Below are positions 51,189 through 61,658 of a stretch of DNA of 64,000 bases, piece after piece (position 1 is the first letter of the stretch; the number at the start of each line of letters is the position of its first letter). The notes under the pieces are model-generated. The model saw only the letters and a program-made list of their open reading frames with translations, was not told where the DNA came from and did no database searches. The DNA is taken from positions 951-64,950 of the forward strand of contig CANMBE010000006.1 in assembly GCA_947495975.1 (NCBI GenBank), written 5' to 3'. This stretch comes from Ignavibacteria bacterium. Its GTDB lineage: Bacteria > Bacteroidota > Ignavibacteria > Kapaibacteriales > Kapaibacteriaceae. A program made the position numbers and the translations under genes.

Positions 51189-53429
51189 CTATCGTCCTGC
51201 AATGAGATTAAGTGCCGACCCTGCCTTGAACCAACCGATTTGTTGCTGGTTCATTGTGTGCTTCAACTCAATGACATCAGATGTGCCATCAACGTGATTA
51301 CATGTTGCATCTATGTTTTTGCCAACAGACAAGGACTCAATGCTCATAGACACTCTATCACCTTCGCTAATTCTATCATAGTCTGCAGCGTTTACAAATG
51401 TCAGCGGCAACATTCCCTGCTTTTTGAGATTTGTTTCGTGTATCCGAGCAAAACTCTTAACGATAACTGCTTTGCCACCAAGGAAACGGGGCTCCATTGC
51501 AGCGTGCTCGCGGGAAGAGCCTTCACCATAGTTTTCGTCACCAACAACAACCCACGAAATCCCGCGCGCCTTGTAGTCGCGAGCAGTAGCAGGTACTTCG
51601 GCATATTCGCCTGTGAAAACATTCTTTACGGCATTGGCAGTGTCATTGGCATAGTTTATTGCACCAATAAACATGTTGTTGGAGATGTTGTCGAGATGCC
51701 CGCGGAAACGCAGCCATGGTCCGGCCATCGAAATATGATCCGTTGTACATTTTCCTTTTGCTTTCAACAGCAAAGGCATGTCAAGATAATCGGCAGACTT
51801 CGGTGCGGTAAAAGGGGCGAGTATTTGCAAGCGGCTACTATCTGGTGCAATTGAAATGCTCAATGCAGTTCCATCTTCCGCTGGTGCTACGTAACCATGT
51901 GGATCGGGAACAAATCCTTGCGCAGGGAGTTCGTAACCTGTTGGTGGTTGTAGCATCACACCATCAATCGGCTCCGTCATAAAATTCGTTGTAAGGTTGC
52001 CAGCCAATACAAATGCAGCAACCGTTTCTGGCGATGCTACAAATGCATGTGTTTCTTTGATGCCATCATTGCGACCTGTGAAGTTGCGATTGAAGGATGT
52101 GATAATAGAATTTCTGTCGCCCGGCTGCACATCATGTCTCTTCCACTGCCCAATACATGGTCCACATGCATTCGCAAGCACGGTGCCACCAATGGCCTCC
52201 ATTTTTGCTAAGAAGCCATCGCGCTCAATAGTTGCACGCACCTGCTCAGAGCCCGGTGTAATCGTGAATTCACTTTTGGCCTTCATTCCGTGCTCAGCCG
52301 CAAATGCTGCTATGTCTGCAACGCGACTCATGTCTTCATACGATGAGTTGGTGCAGGAACCAATAAGCCCCACGCGCAATTCTGCTGGCCAATTATTCTC
52401 TTTCACGGCCTTTACAAACTCTGACAGCTCCATTGCGCGGTCAGGTGTAAATGGTCCATTGATGTGGGGCTCCAAGACATCAAGGTTGATCTCGATCACT
52501 TGATCGTAGTATGCTGCAGGATTGGCCTCTACTTCAGCATCAGCGCGCAAGTGTTCTGCCACGCCGTTCGCAAGATCTGCAACGTCATCTCTTTCGGTTG
52601 AACGTAAGTAGCGCTCCATCGATGCATCATAGGGAAACACGGATGTTGTTGCACCAATCTCTGCGCCCATGTTACAGATTGTGCCTTTACCAGTTGCAGA
52701 AAACGAAGCGGCCCCACTTCCGAAATATTCTACGATTGCTCCCGTGCCGCCCTTGACCGTGAGAATGCCTGCAAGCTTTAGGATCACATCCTTCGGACTC
52801 GTCCAGCCATTCATTTTTCCCGTAAGCTTTACGCCAATGAGCTTTGGCATCTGCAACTCCCACGGCATGCCGGCCATCACATCCACCGCATCGGCACCAC
52901 CAACACCAATTGCTAACATTCCCATTCCGCCGGCATTAGGAGTGTGCGAGTCGGTGCCAATCATCATGCCACCAGGAAACGCATAGTTTTCAATCACCAC
53001 TTGGTGAATGATGCCTGCACCGGGCTTCCAGAAACCAATCCCATATTTTTCAGAAACGCTTGCAAGAAAATCAAAAACTTCTTTGTTTTCTGTGAGCGAC
53101 TTTGCCAGGTCCTCATTAGCCCCATGTTCAGCTCTAATGAGGTGATCGCAATGTACCGTTGATGGTACCGCCACCTTTGGAATACCTGCAGACGTGAATT
53201 GGAGAAGTGCCATCTGCGCTGTGGCATCTTGCATGGCAACACGGTCAGGGTGAAAATCCACATACGCACCACCGCGCATGAAAGCATTTGCCGGCAATTC
53301 TGTCACATGAGAATAAAGAATTTTTTCAGCGAGCGTTAGAGGTCTACCTACTAATGTGCGCGCTGCCAAAATTTTATTTGGCAGGTCTGCATAGACCTTG
53401 TTGATCATCGAGATGTCTTGAGTAGCCAT
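51189..53429 (-). CDS. Aconitate hydratase (mitochondrial-like type)
   Basis: [50 protein letters not shown] and [10 protein letters not shown] motifs. Confidence 0.97.
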   Translation of the reverse strand: MATQDISMINKVYADLPNKILAARTLVGRPLTLAEKILYSHVTELPANAFMRGGAYVDFHPDRVAMQDATAQMALLQFTSAGIPKVAVPSTVHCDHLIRAEHGANEDLAKSLTENKEVFDFLASVSEKYGIGFWKPGAGIIHQVVIENYAFPGGMMIGTDSHTPNAGGMGMLAIGVGGADAVDVMAGMPWELQMPKLIGVKLTGKMNGWTSPKDVILKLAGILTVKGGTGAIVEYFGSGAASFSATGKGTICNMGAEIGATTSVFPYDASMERYLRSTERDDVADLANGVAEHLRADAEVEANPAAYYDQVIEINLDVLEPHINGPFTPDRAMELSEFVKAVKENNWPAELRVGLIGSCTNSSYEDMSRVADIAAFAAEHGMKAKSEFTITPGSEQVRATIERDGFLAKMEAIGGTVLANACGPCIGQWKRHDVQPGDRNSIITSFNRNFTGRNDGIKETHAFVASPETVAAFVLAGNLTTNFMTEPIDGVMLQPPTGYELPAQGFVPDPHGYVAPAEDGTALSISIAPDSSRLQILAPFTAPKSADYLDMPLLLKAKGKCTTDHISMAGPWLRFRGHLDNISNNMFIGAINYANDTANAVKNVFTGEYAEVPATARDYKARGISWVVVGDENYGEGSSREHAAMEPRFLGGKAVIVKSFARIHETNLKKQGMLPLTFVNAADYDRISEGDRVSMSIESLSVGKNIDATCNHVDGTSDVIELKHTMNQQQIGWFKAGSALNLIAGR

Positions 53430-53447
53430 GATGATGTTTTTGTGTGG

Positions 53448-53690
53448 TTAGTGTGCTAATTGTTTGGTGTAGCGAACGTTGGGAAGCCCCGCGAAGTCTG
53501 TGTCTAACGTGATCAGAGTTACATCGTGTACCAGTGTGGAAGCGTACACAATTGCGTCAGCCGCAACTTTCACAGGATCTTCGCCTTCAGAGTGCTCAAT
53601 TGCTTGTGCAACCTCTATACGCTCTATGAACTCCGATTCTGCTATTCGGAATGGTTCACTCAAGAGCCGTGCATAGGAGGAGAATTCCAT
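53448..53690 (-). pseudogene. Partial PIN (VapC-like) domain ORF
   Basis: C-terminal ADAIVYAST...TLITLDTDFAGLPNVRY matches the PIN C-terminal half; the N-terminal catalytic Asp strand is missing. Confidence 0.6.
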
Positions 53691-53693
53691 GTG

Positions 53694-55475
53694 TCATTGT
53701 TTCCGTTCGGCGAGTTCCATCCAGCGACTTGTAGCTTTTTCTATATCAATCGCTATGGACTTTTGCTGTTCAGCCCAAAGCTGGTGATCAGCATAACTCC
53801 CTGCTCCTGAGCTTTGCAGCACAACCTGATCGGCACTCTGCTTCTCGAGTTCTGCAATCTTTCGTTCAAGGTCGCTGAACTCTCGTTGCTCCTTGTACGA
53901 GAGCTTCTTCACAACCTTGCCGCCGTTAGCCCCTTCGCTACCAGGCTGAGGTGTCTTTCCTGAATTCTTCTTGGGCTTTGCCTCGATCTTTTCCAAGTAC
54001 GCGCTGTAATTGCCGGGGTATTCTTTGATGCGTCCGCCATCTTCGAATGCCCAGATGGTGTCAACCGTTTTATCGAGAAACGCTCTGTCGTGAGAAACGA
54101 TGAGCAATACGCCCTTGAAATATGTGAGGTACTCTTCAAGAGCAGAGAGAGTAACAAGGTCAAAGTCGTTTGTTGGCTCATCAAGAAAGAGCACGTTGGG
54201 ATTCGACATGAGAATCAGCAACAGTCCAAGTCGGCGACGCTCCCCACCAGACAGAGTGTGCACGTATGCGTGCTGCTGCTTTGACGAAAAACCAAACCTG
54301 TCGCAGAGTTCCTTGGCCGTGATAAAACGCTCTCGTCCAATACCTACATCAATGTATTCTGCAACCTCTCGCACGTTAGCAATCACTGTTTCATTTTCTA
54401 ATAGATCGCGAAGTTCTTGCTGAAAGAACCCAATGGAAACAGTATCACCAATAGTTACATGACCATGCGTAGGGGGCTTCTTGCCCGCCAACATCGACAG
54501 TAACGTTGTCTTGCCTGCCCCATTGGCGCCAATGATTCCGATGCGATCTTTTGGCGCTGCTCTGTATGTAAAGTCATTGATGATAGGGGGCAATGACACA
54601 TCAATTGCGTCAATAATTTTGCCACCAAGAAAGCGGCCGCCTACTTCGATGTCGATGTCACGAAACTCAGTAGATGCAGTGGTCTGCTCTTTCTGCATTT
54701 TATCAATCCAATCGATACGGCTTTGCTGTTTGGAGCGTCGAGCTTTAGCGCCTTTTTGCAGCCAGGCAAGTTCGGTTCTGAGTTTGTTACGTTGATGATC
54801 TGCCGTTGCATCTGCAAGTGCTACCATCGACTCTTTGCGCTCTAGATACCGTTCGTACGAACCATCATATGAAAACAATCGAGTTTGATCAATCTCAATA
54901 ATGCGTGTGCACACTGCATCCAGAAAATATCGATCGTGAGTTACAAGCAAAAGGCCGCGCGTAGTTGACTGCAGATCATCTTGCAACCACTGAACACTTG
55001 CGGCATCAAGGTGATTCGTTGGCTCATCAAGTATGAGTAAGTCTGGTTCCGACATAAGTGCGCGCGAGATTGCAACGCGCTTGCGCTGTCCACCTGAAAG
55101 AATGTGCACGTTGCTCGATGGATCATGAATTCCAAGGCGCCCAAGCGTTTGGCGTGCTCGAGTTTCTAATTCCCATTCTTCGAGGTGACCATGCGTTTCA
55201 TCGTATGCGCTCATGACGGCATGTAACGCAGTATCATCCACATCAAATGTGGGCAACTGCGGCAGATATTCAATGCGCACTTCGCGGTTGATTGCTACAT
55301 CGCCTTCATCAGGAGGATCGATGCCGGCAATAATTCTAAGTAGTGACGTTTTCCCGGCGCCATTGCGACCAATAACGCCCACACGTTCGCCATCCTGCAT
55401 GCCAAACGAGATCTTTTCAAAAAGAGATTTCTCGTAGTATGATTTGCTGAGATCAGTTACAGTAAATAACGTCAT
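53694..55475 (-). CDS. ABC-F family ATPase (Uup-like)
   Basis: Two ABC cassettes (GRNGAGKT/LSGGQ; GANGAGKT/LSGGE), no TM segments, C-terminal KLSYKEQRE coiled coil. Confidence 0.95.
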   Translation of the reverse strand: MTLFTVTDLSKSYYEKSLFEKISFGMQDGERVGVIGRNGAGKTSLLRIIAGIDPPDEGDVAINREVRIEYLPQLPTFDVDDTALHAVMSAYDETHGHLEEWELETRARQTLGRLGIHDPSSNVHILSGGQRKRVAISRALMSEPDLLILDEPTNHLDAASVQWLQDDLQSTTRGLLLVTHDRYFLDAVCTRIIEIDQTRLFSYDGSYERYLERKESMVALADATADHQRNKLRTELAWLQKGAKARRSKQQSRIDWIDKMQKEQTTASTEFRDIDIEVGGRFLGGKIIDAIDVSLPPIINDFTYRAAPKDRIGIIGANGAGKTTLLSMLAGKKPPTHGHVTIGDTVSIGFFQQELRDLLENETVIANVREVAEYIDVGIGRERFITAKELCDRFGFSSKQQHAYVHTLSGGERRRLGLLLILMSNPNVLFLDEPTNDFDLVTLSALEEYLTYFKGVLLIVSHDRAFLDKTVDTIWAFEDGGRIKEYPGNYSAYLEKIEAKPKKNSGKTPQPGSEGANGGKVVKKLSYKEQREFSDLERKIAELEKQSADQVVLQSSGAGSYADHQLWAEQQKSIAIDIEKATSRWMELAERKQ

Positions 55476-55492
55476 ATCGTAACGGTCTCCTC

Positions 55493-56422
55493 TTACGCGG
55501 CCTCGCTGACGTCTTCATCAACGGGATCTTCTGTCATGGCAAGAACTTGCACGTTAACGGCAGAGTGGAGTCCATCCTCGCGACGCTTTTCTAAAAGTCC
55601 AGCAGGGATTCGAACCACTTTCTTTACAAGACCAATCTTTTCAAAGAGGCGAATGCTGAGCCCCGTAATATCTATTTGCCACCACTTCATGCCGTGAAAT
55701 GCCGATGCAGGAAATGCATGGTGATTGTTATGCCAGCCTTCGCCTAGTGCAAGGATGCCAACGATAAAGTTGTTGCGGCTCTTATCTGTTGTTGTGAACA
55801 TCCGGCCGCCAATGTAATGGCAGACAGAGTTAACGCTCCATGTTACGTGCGAGGTAATGAAGACACGAACCATGCCACCCCAGATAAAGCCCATCCAGGC
55901 ACCGTGGCCACCACCGATGAAAAAGCCGATAACGGCAGGCAAGAACAGGCCGCCGAAGCCCCAATACGGAAAGGTTCTAGAGAACCATGCAATCATCGGG
56001 TCTTTGGTGTAACGGCTGCCCCATTTGACGATTACTTCGTCCATGTTTGGAGTGCTCATCTCAAACAACCACTCAAAGTGCGCGTATAGAAAACCGCTGA
56101 GTGTTGGTGAATGAGGGTCGCCCTCTTGGTCGCTAAACGCATGATGCTTGGTGTGGACTGAAGCCCAATTCACAACTGGACCTTGAAAGGCCATTGAGCC
56201 AAGCGCAAGGATTGCTGCTTTCAATGCAGGATGTGGTTCATAGGCCTTGTGAACTACAAGCCGGTGATAGCCCATCGTAATGCCGTATTCGGCTAGAACT
56301 ACACCAGCAACACAAAGGATAATGTAATACGGCGCTATGTCTCCCTGAAACGCAGCGTACGCAGCGTAGACTGTTCCAAGTAAGGGAAGAATGAGGAGAC
56401 CGAAGATCGGAATTTTAAACAC
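55493..56422 (-). CDS. Acyl-CoA (delta-9-type) fatty acid desaturase
   Basis: His boxes HRLVVH, HTKHH and HNNHH; DPHSP. Start codon uncertain (GTG 56422 or ATG 56479). Confidence 0.92.
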   Translation of the reverse strand: MFKIPIFGLLILPLLGTVYAAYAAFQGDIAPYYIILCVAGVVLAEYGITMGYHRLVVHKAYEPHPALKAAILALGSMAFQGPVVNWASVHTKHHAFSDQEGDPHSPTLSGFLYAHFEWLFEMSTPNMDEVIVKWGSRYTKDPMIAWFSRTFPYWGFGGLFLPAVIGFFIGGGHGAWMGFIWGGMVRVFITSHVTWSVNSVCHYIGGRMFTTTDKSRNNFIVGILALGEGWHNNHHAFPASAFHGMKWWQIDITGLSIRLFEKIGLVKKVVRIPAGLLEKRREDGLHSAVNVQVLAMTEDPVDEDVSEAA

Positions 56423-56715
56423 GGAGCTAACTTTGCAAGTGGAATGAAGACTCAAAGTTACGGAGAAATTGTACCACATGTGCTCTTGCCGGTGACGAAT
56501 CTGCGGCCACTTTTGCCCTGCGAATGGAGCCCCCTTGACATAAACATCTTGCTCAGCGCAACCAACAAATGACTGCAGATATTCTCACGGTCCAACTTCA
56601 GATGATTATACGAATCTGATGATACCAACAGTTCGTCAACATGACTGCGTTAGGACTTCATCCAGGCTCCAATGAGAGTCCAGGATAGGAAGAACACAGG
56701 CGAGCTAAAAGTGCC

Positions 56716-56754
56716 GAAAACGCAAAGGGTTGTGCAGAAGTGCACAACCCTTTG
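56716..56754 (-). terminator. Intrinsic terminator downstream of the FKBP pair
   Basis: Perfect 14-bp stem CAAAGGGTTGTGCA-GAAG-TGCACAACCCTTTG. Confidence 0.8.
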
Positions 56755-56780
56755 AAAGTTTGTCAGGATGAGACGAACGC

Positions 56781-57488
56781 TTAGTTCGTGATATCGAGAA
56801 GTTCAACTTCAAATGTGAGCGTCTCATTTGGACCAATCGATTGACCTGCACCGTTCGTGCCGTACGCGAGGTTTGACGGGATGTAGAACATATACTTAGA
56901 GCCAACGGCCATAAGCTGCACGCCTTCTGTCCAGCCTGCTATAACGCCACTAAGTGGAAACTCTATCGGCTCGCCGCGTTCAACAGAGCTGTCGAACACC
57001 GTACCATCGATGAGCTTACCTGTGTAATGCACTTTTACTTTGTTTTCCTTGGTTGGCTTCTTGCCCTTGCCTTCAACCAGCACCTCGTATTGAAGTCCAC
57101 TCGGCGTAACCATCACACCTGGCTTCTTCTTGTTTTCTGTGAGGAATGCTTCGCCCTTTATCTTATTCACTTCGCCTTTTTTGCTGGCTTCAGCTTGTTG
57201 CTTAGCCATCGAAGCTTGCTGTAGAGATGTCATTGCGGTGGTAAGCTCTGCATCTGTGAGCAGTGCTTTACCAGCCATCATATCTCGCAGGCCGCTCACG
57301 AGTTGATCAATATCAAGGTCCAATCCTTGGTCCTTGAGGGATTTGCCAATCTGCATACCTACGGCATAACTCGCCGTATCCTTCGATGATGTTGGTTTCA
57401 CTTTGTTCACTTGCGGTTGGGCGGTTGCTAGCTCTGCGGTACCAATACCAGCAATGAGGGCAAACGCTAGGATGATAATTTTTTGCAT
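56781..57488 (-). CDS. FKBP-type peptidyl-prolyl isomerase (Mip/FkpA-like, Sec signal)
   Basis: SYAVG, SGLQY, VHYTGKLIDGTVFDSS and VIAGWTEG motifs. Confidence 0.96.
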   Translation of the reverse strand: MQKIIILAFALIAGIGTAELATAQPQVNKVKPTSSKDTASYAVGMQIGKSLKDQGLDLDIDQLVSGLRDMMAGKALLTDAELTTAMTSLQQASMAKQQAEASKKGEVNKIKGEAFLTENKKKPGVMVTPSGLQYEVLVEGKGKKPTKENKVKVHYTGKLIDGTVFDSSVERGEPIEFPLSGVIAGWTEGVQLMAVGSKYMFYIPSNLAYGTNGAGQSIGPNETLTFEVELLDITN

Positions 57489-57520
57489 TTCGTACTACGG
57501 TTTGTGATGAAGGACGGTGA

Positions 57521-58216
57521 TTATTTGGTGATCGCGATGAGTTCCACGTCAAAAACAAGCACGGAACCTGGGGGGATTGTCTGACCCGAACCTTGGTCTC
57601 CGTATGCCAGGGCGCTTGGAATAACGACGTGTACTTTTGACCCAACGTTCATAAGCTGGAGGATCTCTGTCCAACCTGGGATTACTCCTGCGACAGGGAA
57701 CTCCACTGGCTGGCCACGTTGCACTGAGCTGTCAAAGACACTACCGTCGATTAACGAGCCCGTATAGTGTACCTTCACGGTATTATCCTTTGTCGGCTTT
57801 GGCCCATTGCCTTGCGCAACAACTTGATATTGGAGGCCGCTCGCCGTTGTGATAACACCAGGCTTCGTTTTGTTCTGAGCTAGATACCCATCACCAGCAG
57901 CACGACTTGAATCTGCCTTTTGGGTCTGCTCTGCTTGCATCTTCTTCATTGCTTGTTCTTGAATCTTTGCCATCACTGTTTGCAGTGTTGAATCTGCAAA
58001 GAGTGATTTATCGGCGAGTACATCGCGCATTCCGGCTGCTAGCATATTGATATCTACATCAAGCGATTGCTGCTTCAATGATTTGCCAATTTGTACGCCG
58101 ATAGCGTAACTGGTTGAATCCAGTCCATTAGCCGGCTTTACGGCATTAACTTCTGGAGTTGACTCGCAGGCAGCGAGGATGCAACACGCAAGTGCTGCGG
58201 TCAGAAAGACCTTCAT
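57521..58216 (-). CDS. FKBP-type peptidyl-prolyl isomerase (lipoprotein)
   Basis: Lipobox LAAC; SGLQY, VHYTG, FDSS and VIPGWTE motifs. Confidence 0.96.
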   Translation of the reverse strand: MKVFLTAALACCILAACESTPEVNAVKPANGLDSTSYAIGVQIGKSLKQQSLDVDINMLAAGMRDVLADKSLFADSTLQTVMAKIQEQAMKKMQAEQTQKADSSRAAGDGYLAQNKTKPGVITTASGLQYQVVAQGNGPKPTKDNTVKVHYTGSLIDGSVFDSSVQRGQPVEFPVAGVIPGWTEILQLMNVGSKVHVVIPSALAYGDQGSGQTIPPGSVLVFDVELIAITK

Positions 58217-58243
58217 AGAATTCCTTTGGTTTGATATGAACGG

Positions 58244-58251
58244 CAAAGATA
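58244..58251 (-). promoter_or_regulatory. -7 promoter element TATCTTTG for the FKBP pair
   Basis: TAnnTTTG 27 nt upstream of ATG 58216. Confidence 0.6.
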
Positions 58252-58262
58252 TGGGTCAAGCG

Positions 58263-58592
58263 TCATTCAACGGGTATCCATAAATGAATCTTCATATCTA
58301 CAGCCTCTCCGATGAACGAGACCCCTTCGGCCTCCAGTCGCTCCCGCATTATATAGGGTGTCTCAAAGTGCATTTTGCCCGAAAGCTCCCCTAGGCGATT
58401 AACTACGCGGTGGCAGGGGATGTCTATGCGGTCTTGCAGCGGCACGGCATTAAGCGCCCAACCAATCATCCGAGCGCCAGACCTCACGCCGATTATCTGC
58501 GCGATTTGCCCGTACGTAGCCACTTTGCCATACGGAACAGAGCGCACGATTGAATAAATGCGGTCGTATAGATCTGAAGACTCGTGTGTCAT
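58263..58592 (-). CDS. MGMT family (O6-alkylguanine DNA-binding/alkyltransferase) protein
   Basis: VPYGKVATYGQIA, ARMIGWAL, PCHRVVN and LEAEGV motifs. Confidence 0.92.
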   Translation of the reverse strand: MTHESSDLYDRIYSIVRSVPYGKVATYGQIAQIIGVRSGARMIGWALNAVPLQDRIDIPCHRVVNRLGELSGKMHFETPYIMRERLEAEGVSFIGEAVDMKIHLWIPVE

Positions 58593-58610
58593 AGCAGTAA
58601 TTTAGCACCC

Positions 58611-60194
58611 ATGCCCAAACGGATCGAACTCCTCCTCTCGCCTTCGCAGGCAGTAAGCCCAGCAACCGTGCGCCACCACGCAGCGCTTGAAGCGGGCATT
58701 GTGCTTGATGATGTTACGTCGGTACGACTCATCCGCCGTTCCATAGATGCGCGCGCGCGGATGCCAGGCGTGCGAATTCAAGCTGATGTCTATGCAGGGG
58801 AAGAAGCTCCAGTAACATCACTCGTTCTTGACAATCTGAAACATGCCAACTCCAAAAAGCGTGTTATCATCGTTGGTGCTGGACCCGCCGGATATTTTGC
58901 TGCTCTCGAACTACTCGAACACGGAATCACACCAATTGTGATCGATCGCGGAAAAGACGTGCGAGCAAGAAGACGCGATCTGCGCGCCATCCAACAAGAT
59001 GGAATTGTTGATCCACACTCGAATTATTGTTTTGGTGAAGGGGGCGCAGGAACGTACTCAGACGGTAAACTCTACACACGATCGCACAAACGTGGAAGTA
59101 TTGAAAAGGTATTACAACTCTTGGTTGAGCATGGGGCTACCACTGACATACTCATCGACACACATCCTCACATCGGCTCTAATAAGCTGTGGGTGGTAGT
59201 TCAAAAAATGAGAGAAACAATTCTGCAATTCGGTGGCGAAGTACATTTTGAATCCTACGTTACCGATATGGTGCTGACGTCGGACGCACAAAAAAATCGA
59301 TCGGCAAAGGGCGTTGTTCTCTCCGACGGACGCGAGATCCTAGCCGATGCCGTGATTCTTGCCACAGGACATAGCGCCCGCGATGTATTTTTCATGTGCG
59401 AGCGAAATAACATCGCTGTTGAATCAAAGCCGTTTGCCCTTGGAGTGCGTATTGAACACTCGCAAGAACTCATTGACTCTATTCAGTATCATCATGCGCC
59501 CCGTCATCCAGATCTGCCGGCATCGTCGTACAAGCTGGTTTGCCAAGCCGATGGAAGGGGCGTGTTTTCATTCTGCATGTGCCCTGGTGGACTCATCGTG
59601 CCATCTGCGACTTCGGCTGGGGAGATCGTTGTGAATGGTATGTCGATGTCTCGGCGCGATTCGCCATTTGCGAACTCAGGAACAGTTGTAGCGGTTGAAC
59701 CACAAGACTGGCAAGACTATGCGAGTGCTGGAAATCTTGCAGCTATGGAGTATCAAGCCAGTGTTGAGCGCGCAGCATTTGCAAGCAATGGCGATGGATC
59801 ACAGCGGTCGCCGGCTCAAAGACTCGTGGATTATCTCGGTGGACATGTCTCTTCGTCGATTCCTAAAACGTCGTACATCCCAGGTCATGCAAGCATCGAC
59901 ATGCGAAGTATTCTTCCGCCGAATATTGACGCAAGATTGCGAATTGCAATTCGCGAGTTTGGCCGATCAATGCGGGGATATCTTACCAACGATGCCGTAA
60001 TGGTTGGCGTTGAGTCTCGCACATCTTCACCTGTGCGCATTCCACGCGATCACGAAACAAAAGAGCACATAAATGTTAGTAGACTCTTTCCCTGTGGCGA
60101 AGGAGCAGGCTATGCAGGGGGCATTGTGAGCGCCGCACTAGATGGACAAAATGTAGCTCAGTCCATTATTGCTAAGATTTTCTCTGCGGCCTGA
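58611..60194 (+). CDS. FAD-dependent oxidoreductase (uncharacterised COG2509-like)
   Basis: IVGAGPAG, FGEGGAGTYSDGKL, FSFCMCPGG and GEGAGYAGGIVSAA motifs. Confidence 0.93.
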   Translation: MPKRIELLLSPSQAVSPATVRHHAALEAGIVLDDVTSVRLIRRSIDARARMPGVRIQADVYAGEEAPVTSLVLDNLKHANSKKRVIIVGAGPAGYFAALELLEHGITPIVIDRGKDVRARRRDLRAIQQDGIVDPHSNYCFGEGGAGTYSDGKLYTRSHKRGSIEKVLQLLVEHGATTDILIDTHPHIGSNKLWVVVQKMRETILQFGGEVHFESYVTDMVLTSDAQKNRSAKGVVLSDGREILADAVILATGHSARDVFFMCERNNIAVESKPFALGVRIEHSQELIDSIQYHHAPRHPDLPASSYKLVCQADGRGVFSFCMCPGGLIVPSATSAGEIVVNGMSMSRRDSPFANSGTVVAVEPQDWQDYASAGNLAAMEYQASVERAAFASNGDGSQRSPAQRLVDYLGGHVSSSIPKTSYIPGHASIDMRSILPPNIDARLRIAIREFGRSMRGYLTNDAVMVGVESRTSSPVRIPRDHETKEHINVSRLFPCGEGAGYAGGIVSAALDGQNVAQSIIAKIFSAA

Positions 60195-60235
60195 CGCCCG
60201 GTTTCTGCAACACCATTCATGTAGCCACGGATAGG

Positions 60236-60255
60236 GGGCGCATGGCCATGCGCCC
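60236..60255. repeat. Perfect 20-bp palindrome between convergent genes (REP- or terminator-like)
   Basis: GGGCGCATGG|CCATGCGCCC preceded by ATAGG. Confidence 0.7.
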
Positions 60256-60260
60256 ATGCT

Positions 60261-61658
60261 TTACTTACGAAGGATGCGAAATACGGTACGTCTGTTCTTG
60301 GCCCGGTTCTCTTCAGAATCATTTGGTACCATTGGCATCATGAAGCCCATGCCCCTCGTGCGCAAGCGCGTTGCATCCACGCCTCTGTTTACGAGGGCCG
60401 ATTTTACCGACTCTGCCCGTGATTGAGAAAGTATCTGATTATACTCTTCGGTACCAATGTTGTCCGTATGCCCCTGAACCTCGAGCACTACATTTTCAAA
60501 TCGCTCCAAGGCGTCGGAAAGCTCATCCAGGATGTAGTAGGAGGCAGTGTCGATGTCACTTTCATTGTACGCAAAAAGAATCAACTTCGAAAATTCATCG
60601 CGCGGATCAATTGGTGAAAGGGGCGTCTTGTCATACACTCCTCTAGCGATCAGTGTGTCGCGGCCTGGTACTCGTACGGTAAGATCAACAGTGTGAAGTC
60701 CTTCATATCGAGGTGGTGTATAGGTGACGAGATAATAATTGCGAAGGCTACGGTATATGTCCAGAAAGATCGAGAGCAGGTCCTTCTTGGTATACGCTCT
60801 GTAATATTTGCCACCGGTATAGAGTGAGAGATCCTGCAGGGGCTCGTCTTGTGCGTACCCAAAGCCAACGCAGTAGATGGAAACATTGTGTTTGGTAGCG
60901 TATTCAAAAATGTCGCCAATCTTCACTGTTGAGAGATTCTCATCCCCATCCGAAAACACAACACACACTTTTGGCTGATCAAGCGGTACATCTTTTAAGG
61001 TCTGCAGTGTCTTTAGAATTCCATCATACGTAGCTGTAAAAAGACCCTGAGAATATTTCTTGTACTCGCGAAATTCGCGCAACATCGCCCCCGTATCACT
61101 CGAGAGTGGAAACACGCTTCGTATCTCCTTGTGATAGGCAGTAAGGGAAATGTTATCGCAACTGCGCTTCATCTCAATGAACAGCTCCGTACCAAGATCA
61201 ATGGTTTCCTTAGCCCCTTTCATTGATCCTGAGCAATCGATGGCCAGCGCAATATTTGTTGGAATGGAGTCTTTCTCTCCAAATTCGCGAACCGTAAATG
61301 TAGCGATATCAACTTCCCGCACTTTTCGGCGGATACCAAGCCTTTCGGTAAGGACAGGGAAGTAGTCAGGGGCGCCATCCTTTTTGTAGGGGGCTGCCAT
61401 GTTCGTCACAACAAATCCATTTGAATCGAGCACGCGCACAAAGAGCCGGATAGAATCGGGAAACGAATAGTGTTCAAGCTTCCAGACGTCGGTCTTGAGA
61501 GCGCTGATGTCTACCGAGTCAATACTTCTTGTTGCTACGTAGCGCGTTTGCGATGTGCGCTCGCCATTGTCTCGTAGATCAAATTCTTGCGAGAGTCTAT
61601 GGGTGCTCTTACATGAGAGCACAGAGATCAAGAGGAAGCCGGCGATTAGTGGTCTCAT
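60261..61658 (-). CDS. VWA plus OmpA-like domain lipoprotein
   Basis: Lipobox VLSC; MIDAS DCSGS...TATYD...SDG; OmpA GHTD...N..LS..RA...NRR. Confidence 0.93.
   Translation of the reverse strand: MRPLIAGFLLISVLSCKSTHRLSQEFDLRDNGERTSQTRYVATRSIDSVDISALKTDVWKLEHYSFPDSIRLFVRVLDSNGFVVTNMAAPYKKDGAPDYFPVLTERLGIRRKVREVDIATFTVREFGEKDSIPTNIALAIDCSGSMKGAKETIDLGTELFIEMKRSCDNISLTAYHKEIRSVFPLSSDTGAMLREFREYKKYSQGLFTATYDGILKTLQTLKDVPLDQPKVCVVFSDGDENLSTVKIGDIFEYATKHNVSIYCVGFGYAQDEPLQDLSLYTGGKYYRAYTKKDLLSIFLDIYRSLRNYYLVTYTPPRYEGLHTVDLTVRVPGRDTLIARGVYDKTPLSPIDPRDEFSKLILFAYNESDIDTASYYILDELSDALERFENVVLEVQGHTDNIGTEEYNQILSQSRAESVKSALVNRGVDATRLRTRGMGFMMPMVPNDSEENRAKNRRTVFRILRK

Noticed and set aside
51183..51854. Long antisense ORFs (this one, 62724-63392, 14614-15180, 27682-28143, 38551-39054 and similar)
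   Set aside because: Shadow frames opposite well-supported conserved genes, with no motifs of their own.
56480..56700. Possible second cyclase remnant (ELLVSSDSY...VYVKG across a frameshift)
   Set aside because: Similarity is too weak to distinguish from chance without a search.
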